A stretch of 64,000 bases of DNA from Octopus sinensis (Eukaryota), in the NCBI RefSeq assembly GCF_006345805.1, contig NC_043002.1, positions 117,180,001 to 117,244,000 on the forward strand, written 5' to 3'. The notes beneath the pieces are model-generated. The model worked only from the letters and a program-made list of their open reading frames with translations, made no database searches and had not been told where the DNA came from. The position numbers and the translations under genes are program-made. Below are positions 54,250 to 64,000 of this stretch, piece after piece; positions within the stretch are counted from its first letter, which is position 1; every line of letters begins with the position of its first letter.

Positions 54250-55600
54250 CTGATCTGAATTCCGCAGTAGCATTATTAGGGATGATTCTTAGCTGAAGTC
54301 TGTCTGGTATTAAATCTGAAGATTCCAGTGAATTTTATAATTCTACAAGAGAGGGAACTATTTCTTCTTGACCCACACCAGTGTCTATTATAATTTGTAG
54401 ATATGACTATTTCCTGGAAGTGCCTGAAACAAGTGTCAGTTGACGTTGTTTTACCCATAGTGGTGCGTTACTTTACGAAGTTGGTGAAGAATAACTTCGA
54501 TATTAATTCATCTACTATTGAATATATAGAAACTTGGGGAATTACTATTGTTGAAGTAAATTTTCTTTCATCAACATTTAACAAATTTTTACAGAAGTTA
54601 CCAGACGGCTCATTTCCAGAAAAGTTGACTCTCATATTGTAAACAGTTTCATGATTCTTAACTTTGGACAAAAGTGATGCTGAATTCAGGCATGCATGAA
54701 TTTCATTCCTTTGTTTTCCTTTTGGTTTCACTAGCAGGCTGATGCGACACCACTACTTTTTGAGACCTATTTTCATACAGGTCCTGCAGTAAACTGCCCA
54801 GTGTCTCCACAGCCCTCTTTAGTGCTGTTATACGTTCATCCTAAATAATTATTCAGAATATCTCATGAACTCGTCAGGTCACAGAATTCTTGACAATGTT
54901 GCAAAAACGTACATATTTTTTCTGTCCAAGTTTAAGAAGAGTACGAAAGCAGAATATGGTGTATGGCTCCTCAGAAAGAGTGTTTCAGAAATACTTGAAG
55001 AATTAGCTGTAATTGACATAATTAATGTTTACAGACTTTGGCAAGCAATAGACTGATGAAGGATGTCTTTCCAGTTCCACCATGATATCAAGAAAGTAAA
55101 TTCCAGCTTCTTGACACTGGACCCTCTAAAAGTAACAAAAGAGATAGCTTCCCTTGTCTGAGGGTTAAGGTTTTCCAAATATTTTATTATCGATTTCAAT
55201 GTTCTTAATATGAGGGAAGCCGTATTTTTTAAAGTTCTTGATCAAGAGTGGGCAGTGGAGAACTCTCCATTTGTTGTTAATTTCTGCTGTCCAAGCAAGG
55301 TTTGGAAATCTCCATTTACTAGTTCTCATCTTTTGTAACTGAGATAGCCATTTTCACTGATTTTAAGTTTCTTCACAGATCTTGGAAATTAAACTTGAAA
55401 AATGTTTGGTGTGTTTGTTGTTATTCAGGCCAAGTGACTTTCTGTTGAGATCCCCACAAGGTTTTAGCAAAACTGAAAAGTTCATTCCCCCTGCCAGCAC
55501 TTGGAAAGTCTGCGAAAATAGTTGTAAACACAATCAAAATATTTGCGTGCGGAAAGTCCGCACTATTAGTGGTACTAGTGACGGAAACATTACTTGCAAT
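54250..55600 (-). mobile_element. Probable PLE remnant (RT C-terminus to GIY-YIG)
   Basis: CNIVKNSVT*RVHEIF..DERITALKR, PQVSIYSI and GKTTST traces. Heavily decayed. Confidence 0.4.
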
Positions 55601-55826
55601 CAATTTCTATGTTTGATCGTAATTTGAACTCGCACCTGCTAAACTTGTCTACGCGCTGAAATTAATTAAAACCAGTTGTTTTGACAAATCAATTTCCCGC
55701 AAAAACTGTTACTTGTTACTAATATCTGATGGAGAAAGTAAAAACAGTAAAGTAAAAACAGAAAGGGAAACTGTTACAATGTGAGAAACAAAACAGAAGA
55801 GTAAGAAAACATTAAATTGAATCATT

Positions 55827-55866
<40 letters not shown>

Positions 55867-57762
55867 CGCGCGCGTATACACGTATATGTACGCTCGCGCG
55901 CAAATAATGTCTGTGAGCGTGCGTGTGCGTCTGCTCAGTCGATTTCTAGCATGATCACCTTCCGTTCCTTGTCAGTCGCTCTTACGCTTCATGAATACTA
56001 AGTGACCCGTCAAGCTCTCCAAGGAGTGGCATATCGGAGGTTCTGTAGGAGGAAAAGTCGTGTGAGATGACAGATAATCAAACAGCACGCACCACACACA
56101 CATAGATATATGCGCACACATGAATATGTGTGTGTGTATATATATCTATATGTGTGTGCATGTCTATGTATATATATATAGTATATATATATATATATAT
56201 ATATATATAATGTGTGTGTGAGTATATGTATATATATGTGAGTATATGTGAGTATACTTAGAAGAGGATGCGTGGTGTTCAATCATATAATAATATAAAT
56301 AATATATATGACGAATATATGTGTATGTGGCAGAGTAGTGGATGAGATGAATAAACATATGCATTTGTGTATAAGTTTATATATATATATATATGCGAGT
56401 ATAGATACATGTCTATATCTATGTGCTTATGCTTGGAGGTATTTATACTGACAAATTTGCTCAATTCCTTATCGCTTTTTATTACCTTTTTTTGGTATAT
56501 TTCTTTTACTTATACGTTTATGTGTGTGTGTTTATTATGATTGTGCATGTGTTATGTATATGTGTGTACGTACGTACAAATGTACGTATGTATATATGCA
56601 TGTGCGTATTTGTTACGAAAGTGTGTGTATGGTCTTATATGTATGTGTTCAAACCAGGTTACATAAATGTCTCTTCTTTTCTCTCGTCTACTTATCTCAG
56701 GATCAATGAATCATACTAAAGGCGTTCAGACATTTGACCATCTAACCAACCTTATACCATTATGATCACAACAATCTACGTGTCTTCACTCCGTTTCCTA
56801 ATGCTAATCCAGTATTTTTTTGTATTCTTTCCTTACTTTCTTTCTCTCCCTTGCATGTTTCATTCTAGTTCTCCCATTTTCTAAATATCTTTGTGTTATT
56901 GATCACTTTAATGTATCTCTCTTAATTCATGTTATATTTAAATTATGCGAATTATCTTATGCTTGACATATTTTCATTATATTTGTATATCTCTAAATTT
57001 CACAAGTTATGACAATTGCTGTTTTGATGTCACATTTCGGGGTAGAAACATAGTCCACGGTCGTTGTCTTGTTTCCATACAATCAAACCGCCTTCTCCTA
57101 AATGGCGTGTCCACTCTGAGTAATTCATCATTCCTTAGATTGCTTCCCTTTCTTCTCTGGATCTGGTCTCGGTTGTCACTCAGAACTTGTGCACTCATCT
57201 CTCAGAGGTAATATAACTTCAATAAATTAAGAATTTGTATTGTGTGGTGTTTCATATATGTGTGTGTGTGTGTGTGTGTGGTGTGTGTTTGTGTGTGTGT
57301 GTGTGTACGTGTGTGTGAAATGCATATACATATATATATATATATAAAATTAAGCATTGTTTCCTTTCCTTTGTTTTTTCCAATTTTATGCATTCTTAAA
57401 TCTCATTCCACTCTTTGCATCAATCTTCATGGTTTTTCTCGTGGTTTCTCATGTTCCAACGTTTTGTTTTTCACATAGAACAAACCATGTGTCCAGAGCC
57501 AAAAGATTGCTTGGAACACACAGTCACGTTATAAACATCTGCCTATAGTGAAACTTACATTTAAATTACATGACACATAGTCAGTATTTATACGCTAAGA
57601 TAGAAAACTGCGAAGAGAATTCGTGTATTATAATCCAAATTTCTTTCCACTAGTCTCTATAATTTGAAAGTTCTTGTCACAAAGTACCTATATGAAAAGA
57701 AAATACTACGAGACAGAAGAGTTTATTCATAAATTATTTAATTTAGTCAAGTCATTTATATA

Positions 57763-58168
57763 CAGGAGTGGCTGTGTGGTAAGAAGCTTGCTTACCAACC
57801 ACATGGTTCCAGGTTCAGTCCCACTGCGTGGCACCTTGGGCAAGTGTCTTTTATAGCTTCGGGCCGGCCAAAGTCTTGTGAGTGGATTTGGTAGACGGAA
57901 ACTGAAAGAAGTCCGTCGAATATATGTATATGCATATATATATATATGTGTGTGTGTGCGTGTGTGTCTGTGTTTATTCCTCCAACATCGCTTGATAACC
58001 GATGCTGGTACACACCAGCATCGGTTATCAACTTAGCGGTTCGGCAAAAGAGACCGATAGAATAAGTACTAGGCTTACAAAGAATAAGTCCTGGGGTCGA
58101 GTTGCTCGACGAAAGTCTGTGCTCCCGCATTGCCGCAGTCAAATGACTGAAACAAGTAAAAGAGTAAA
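57763..58168 (+). mobile_element. SINE-A copy
   Basis: Full head-to-tail homology. Confidence 0.9.
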
Positions 58169-58410
58169 AACACTCCAGGCTTTTGTTATATGTGTGTGTG
58201 TTTGTCAGTCTGTCTACCTTTCTATATATGTGTGTGCGTATATGTAAGTATTTTGTTGTGTCTCGGGAGACTCATTACGTTAATAATAATAACACACACA
58301 CAGGTTCAATTCCACTTCTTTATTGTTAGCCAATTGGTTAAATATCCAACCAACCAACCAACCAACCAACTAATCGATCGTTTGTTTAATGTGCTGGTTA
58401 AATAATCAAT

Positions 58411-58510
58411 NNNNNNNNNNNNNNNNNNNNNNNNNNNNNNNNNNNNNNNNNNNNNNNNNNNNNNNNNNNNNNNNNNNNNNNNNNNNNNNNNNNNNNNNNN
58501 NNNNNNNNNN
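58411..58510. other. Assembly gap (100 N)
   Basis: Run of N. Confidence 1.
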
Positions 58511-58789
58511 TCATCATCCTTAAACAAACCTTATTCTGGGACCTTTTGAGTGGGATGGGCTTCTCGACCAGAAGAAAATTCTAACTGGGTCCCACCTGCA
58601 AGGTCATGCACTGTTTATCTTGATATGAGATCACCATGTCGCGCACATATGGTTGTGATGCATGTGCCTGGTGTACCCTTATCAGACGGGTAGTCATGAT
58701 AGGTATACTGGGCTTCGTATATTTTACACCAGTGTCACTTTGATGGCATGCACTGCTCTCTCACTCAATAATAATAATAATAATAATCC

Positions 58790-59060
58790 TTTCTACTATA
58801 GGGACAAGGCCTGAAATTTTGGGGGAGGTGAATAGTTGATTATATCAGCTCCAGTATTTGACTGGTACTTACTTATTCTTGTTTGTTGAAACACTAAGTT
58901 ATGGTGCTTCTTTCACTTTCTGTCTACCAAATCTACTCGCAAGGCTTTGGTCAACATAGAACTGTAGTAGGAGGCAATTGCCCAGCGAGTCATGCAGTGG
59001 GGCTGAACTCAAAACCATGCAATTGGGAAGAAAGCTTCTTACTGCACAGTTATGCTTACA
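58790..59060 (-). mobile_element. SINE with a SINE-A-type head and a SINE-B-type 3' half
   Basis: Minus strand: SINE-A head followed by AAGTACCAGTCAAATACTGGAGCTGATATAATCAACT...GGCCTTGTCCC. Confidence 0.55.
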
Positions 59061-59321
59061 CCAAATGTTTAACTTTGAGTGTTTTAGTACATGAATGGAT
59101 TGGTAACAGTTTTTACAACTTAATGAGTAGACAAAATTAAAGCAATTAAAAGGATGCTTAAAAATATTACCTTGAATTGTAGATGGATGCTGTTGATAAT
59201 AGGGTTGTAAACTTTGAGGTGCCAAAAATGCTGTATCATCTTCAGGTGTTCCTGATCTTTTAAAAGCTTCCAAAATCTCTTCATCAGTTAAACCTGTGAA
59301 AATGAAATTAATTATATCATC

Positions 59322-59730
59322 ATCATCTTTCAACGTCTGCCTTCCATGCTGGCATGGGTTGGACAGTTTGGTTGAGGACTGGCAAACAAGATGGCTGCAC
59401 CAGGCTCCAATCTGATCTGGCAGAGTTTCTACAGCTGGATGCCCTTCCTAATGCCAACCACTCCGAGAGTGTAGTGGGTGCTTTTATGTGCCATTGGCAT
59501 GAGGGCCAGTCAGGCGGTACTGGCAATGGCCACACTCAAATGGTGTTTTTTATGTGTCACCTGCACAGAAGCCGCGCTGGCAACGCCCTCGCTCGAATGT
59601 TGTTTTTCCCATACCAGCGGCACATGTGCCAGTAAGGTGATGCTGGTAATGATCATGGTCGAATGGTGCTTTTTATGTGCCACTGGCACAGGGGCCAGTC
59701 AACGGCCCTTCCATCATCAATATTTTTTTA
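59322..59730 (-). mobile_element. RTE-type 3' tail repeat with internal ~65-bp degenerate tandem units
   Basis: CATCATCATC...TTCCATGCTGGCATGGGTTGGAC...TGGATGCCCTTCCTAATGCCAACC, and repeated GGTGCTTTT(T)ATGTGCCA.TGGCA units. Confidence 0.65.
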
Positions 59731-59938
59731 ATGTTCATTATCCCATACTTGTCTGGGATGGACGGAGTTTACTGAGGTAGATTTTCTATAGCCTGATGCC
59801 CTTCCTGTAGCTAACCTTTACAGGTTTCCAGCAAAGCAATATTTCTCCATGGTCAAATATGTTTTTGCAGAGTATTGAAAATGGATTATATTCATTTACA
59901 ATAACTATGCAATGTCAAGATAAGGAGACACACACACA

Positions 59939-59974
<36 letters not shown>

Positions 59975-60405
59975 CATATATACATATATACATATATACA
60001 TATATACATATATATATATATATACATATACACACACACACACACACACACATTTGTATACACATTAGTAAGTCCAGAATCAGCCAAATTGAGTAGTCCC
60101 TACTGATGAGGCTACCGAATTAGTTGAAACCAACTGATCAGAATAGGGAATTTCTTAACTGGTGTTTTCAGGCAATTGCAGTCCATGTCAGTACAATTAT
60201 GTGCTTTAACTACAGCACTGGAGCTTTTTAGCTCTTATTTCTAGCAATGTAAGTGTTCTAACACCCTAGTCACATTTAGTGACAATTATAGTTTTCCATT
60301 TTAGTAACACATTGCACACAGCTGTCTATATTAATTTTTATATATAAAGATATATATGTGTGTTTGTGTGTGTGTATATATATATATATATATAATATAT
60401 ATATA

Positions 60406-60514
60406 TAAAACATTATTGGTGAATTGAGGAAATGGAGCTGAACGCAGATTGAACAGAAGTTTTCTGTTCAATCTGCGTTCAGCTCCATTTCCTCAATTCA
60501 CCAATAATGTTTTA
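60406..60514. repeat. Perfect inverted repeat, 53-bp arms with a 3-nt loop (GTT)
   Basis: 60406-60458 is the exact reverse complement of 60462-60514. Confidence 0.97.
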
Positions 60515-60659
60515 ATTTCAATTATCCGCACCAACGCATGGTTGCAACGCCAGATGGTTGTACCTCCAACCGTGCTGTTTACTGCTGTGATTTTTGCTAC
60601 TAAGGTATCGGTTAACTTTTGATTAATCTACAACAAGATTATTCATCTTTCTATTTCAC

Positions 60660-60695
<36 letters not shown>

Positions 60696-61004
60696 TGGTA
60701 AAAGATTTTTTTTAATTGTTTATATTTTCGGAGGGAAAAGTGAGTGATTTAAGAGCAATTTGGCTGTTGTTTCTAGCACATCCACAGACAACCCTCCTCG
60801 TTTCTTTATCATTCTTGCATGTATTGATGTTTTTCAATATTTTTTCCCCATAAATACCTTTATATGCTATAAAAAAAGAAAATTTGAGAAATTATGAATT
60901 TTTTGCAACCCCTCTCCTGCCCCCAATTGTTTGTTTTGAAATTAAAATATTGGAGAGCTTGAGAAGGCCATTTCTGGTATTTACCACAGTGATTTAAAAA
61001 ATCA

Positions 61005-61450
61005 TGGAGATGTACTTGCATAGCAAGTGACTTGATCTGAGATCGTGTTCTGAAACAAAAACAATTGCAGCATAGAAGATGTTTGTAAGCCCTTCAAGAA
61101 CACACAAAAACCGTTAGCTTCACAGCACTACTTAAATACAGAGGTCCCGCTTAAATACAGAGGTCCCAATACATCTACGTAACGATATGAAGGAGAGGGT
61201 TAGTTTTAGGATTAGTTTTTAGAGTTAGGGTTAGTTTTAGGGTTGGTTAGGGTTAAAATGTTTTGTACGTAACACCTGTATTTAGGTAGTATCATTAAGG
61301 GACCTCTGTATTTAAGCATTATCAGTTTCACTTCAACATTAAAATTTCATTTGTGTCAAAATATTTTTGTCGCTTTGAAAACGCGATCTGTTCACTGACA
61401 GAACTTCACAAGAGTGATGCAACATGAAGTTTTGTCAGTGAGCAAGCACA
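61005..61450 (+). repeat. Repeat family C copy, interrupted by a MITE and ending in a hairpin
   Basis: Homologous to 25103-25280. Confidence 0.85.
61124..61326. mobile_element. ~200-bp MITE-like insertion with subterminal inverted repeats and a degenerate TTAGGG core
   Basis: CTTAAATACAGAGGTCCC twice (61131, 61150) against GGGACCTCTGTATTTAAG (61299-61316). TTCAC is duplicated at the flanks and the insert is absent from the 25103 copy. Confidence 0.75.
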
Positions 61451-62091
61451 CACACACATTCATTTGTGTGTATGTGTATCTATGTGTGCACGAGTGTGTA
61501 TTGGTGTGTGTGTGTCACTGTTGAAGTCGCTCGTGCAACTTGTTGGGTATATATTGGCTAAGTGGTATAGAATGTTTGGAAACTGTGAATAAGGTGCAAG
61601 TTTCGAGTACTTGTCAGTAACTTTTTTTACCTCGTCTTCTAATAGTAATTTCCCAACCTTTTAGGCTCTTCTAACAGCGATCCTGCGTTCAAAAATTATT
61701 TGGGTATTTTAAAAAATTTTCATTCACTAAATAATGTTTTTACATTACGTATACATTAATAGAATAAACTGTCAGTTTTTCAAATAGCAAATTAAAACTT
61801 TAAAGAGAAAGTGAGAGACTTTACAAATGAAAATGGAATACTCCACATTGGATGCAATGAATATTTAAATCTGTGAAGAATTGGACACACTGAATGCAAT
61901 GAATATTTAAATTTGCAAGAAATTTGAGTTTTAAAATTTCAATACAAAAATGAATTTATAAAAATATTTCCAGATGGTCAACACTTTAATTTCTTTCTTT
62001 TAGAACTTGTTACATACCTAATTAATAAGCAGCTTTCTCCATTATAGTACAGAAGTACAATTTCAATAAACTCTCATGATTTTCTCTAGTA

Positions 62092-62580
62092 TTTTTTTTT
62101 TTTGCTTGCTGAATCTGGAGGAAGAGGCAGTGTTTATGGCGTTTACAGGATTTTGAAGAGCAGGGATGCCATTAATGTACGTTGGAAGTTATGTAAGTGA
62201 ACACTCGAAAGAAAGACATGAGCAAGCCTGATGTTCTGGGAAGGATGGACTGGGCATAGTGCAGAGCCTGGCAGCATTGGGCAAAACAAGGCTGATGAGA
62301 GGAGGAAAGACAAGAGGGTTTAGAAGGCCTGAGTGGAAATGGTGTGAGCCCAATTCACTTCAAGGAACAAAGACCATAATACTACTGATAGGAAAAGCAG
62401 AGAGGAAACAGTACACCTGTGAGCTAGAACTGGAGAATATCTGTGAAAGACTTTATGCCAATCATTTAGGTGGCCCATTTCTGGGAGTGTTCTAGGATGT
62501 CTGTGAATGCAGCAGCAGTACCATTCCAGATGTGATAGTAATACTCCATTGTAGACCTAGAGTCACGAGAAAAAGTCCTA
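62092..62580 (-). mobile_element. CR1/Crack-like LINE 3' end with poly(A)
   Basis: RSTMEYYYHIWNGTAAAFTDILEHSQKWAT..YAQSILPRTS; poly(T) on the plus strand at 62092-62103. Confidence 0.7.
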
Positions 62581-62911
62581 AGTAGTTTAAAAAAACAAAA
62601 TACAATCTAATTTGAATTTGTATAGAAATTAATTTAAAAACTGTTTTCTAATTTTATTAGATTTTTCAATCAGATAAACACTTTAATAATGTAAAAAAAA
62701 AAAAAGGAAAGAAAGACAAATGAAGCTGGTGTTTACCTTTCCGTTTTAAAAATGACTTTTTATGTGCTATGGAAGTGTTCCGTACTTTATTATGATTCAG
62801 AAATGATACAGCAGTGTAGATCTGAAATTAATAACAGAATTATAACAATAATCTTTTTAAAAATTATTTAAGTATCCTCATTGAAAATGTTTCTCTTGCT
62901 ATAATTTTCAT

Positions 62912-63136
62912 TTAACCCTTTAGCATGTAAATTGGCCATATCTGGTCAAAATATTCTACCTCATTTTATCTTCAAACTGGTCATAGCTGGCCTTTCACAC
63001 CTACCCTACAGAGTCATTTTAAAAATAAACAATCTCATCAAATCTCATAGCTATAAAATAATGCATGACTAATTTTAAAAAATGTGAATACATAAGCATT
63101 ATGTTTAAAACAGTAATCTGAATACTAAAGGGTTAA
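62912..63136. mobile_element. piggyBac-type MITE
   Basis: TTAA|CCCTTTAG ... CTAAAGGG|TTAA. Confidence 0.8.
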
Positions 63137-63755
63137 ATATTTTTCTCTTTATGTTTTTTTTTACCTTTCAAAAAATCCCATTTTACAAGATTAAATATCC
63201 AAGTTGACAATGTGGTGTCATTTGATGACAATCATTCAGACTGTCTGTGTCTCTCAATCTATCGCATAATTATTTATAAAAGGAAGAATGCATACAACCA
63301 CAAAATGCAAACTACCCAAATATTTAATTTTCACAATATATTAATTTTCACCCTCATCCACCTTATAACTTCATATAAAAAAATCTAAACAAATAAAGAA
63401 AAAGGTTTTATTTGCATGCAAGACAAAATATTGAAAGAACATGCAATTCTACCAAAACTATTTTCTAAACTTTACCATTCTAACCAATTAAAATTCTCAA
63501 TGAAGAAAAAAAAGTATGATGCTGATAGTGATATTATGTGTGAGGAGATTGATAGAAGTGAACTGTACAAAGATGCAAGAATAAATGGAATATGTTGTTT
63601 TAATGAATACTTGGAAATGTGTGTAAGCTGATATATAATAGAGCATGGTCTATATGTAAGAGCATTGAAGGTTTCACGATTATTTAGCACCAGAATAGAA
63701 CCTATAACCTATGTAGGCCACAGCAGATTAGGGAGTCAACTTGAACAGTTAAAGA

Positions 63756-63932
63756 TTAACCCTTTAGCATTTATTCTGGCCATATCCAGACCTGATTTAT
63801 GTTAAAACTGACCAGCTCCAAACTCCATACCACTAAAATCTTGAAACTACAAAATAATGTGTGATTAATTCAAAACAACGTGAATAAATAAGCCATTTGT
63901 TCGACAAAGATATCTGAATGCTAAAGACATAA
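63756..63932. mobile_element. Second, internally deleted copy of the piggyBac-type MITE
   Basis: TTAACCCTTTAGCAT...GGCCATATC start; degenerate ATCTGAATGCTAAAG end. Confidence 0.7.
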
Positions 63933-64000
63933 TGTCTGTAATGTTGAACAAGAAATGTTCCAAAAAGACTGAAATTCAAGATAAAGTAAGATTGGGCAAA

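Noticed and set aside
63416-63631. 71-aa ORF ending at a GTAAGC donor-like site
   Set aside because: No convincing acceptor and no recognisable domain.

Overview
AT-rich eukaryotic window, mostly non-coding and saturated with microsatellites, with a 100-N assembly gap at 58411-58510. The repeat families look like those of an octopus (coleoid cephalopod) genome; this is recognition from memory, not a database search. It contains many copies of two tRNA-derived SINE families (called SINE-A and SINE-B here). It also holds decayed LINE remnants (CR1/Crack, RTE, Hero/RLE), several Penelope-like element (PLE) remnants, a Tigger/pogo transposase remnant and small MITEs. No intact protein-coding gene can be recognised, and almost all ORFs in the supplied track are microsatellite translations. 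There are CRE-bearing promoter-like islands (about 4.4, 15.4 and 44.5 kb) and a few exon-like segments of low confidence. Four observations stand out. (1) A 755-bp PLE insertion with a 9-bp TSD and an inverted end, whose 3' module joins a tRNA-like Pol III promoter, an (AAT)n tract and a minimal hammerhead ribozyme. (2) At least three distinct hammerhead-bearing repeat families, one copy with an intact core. (3) A 197-bp-arm, 96%-identical inverted duplication, plus a perfect 53-bp hairpin. (4) A covarying 3' stem-loop shared by SINE-A and CR1-like LINE tails.
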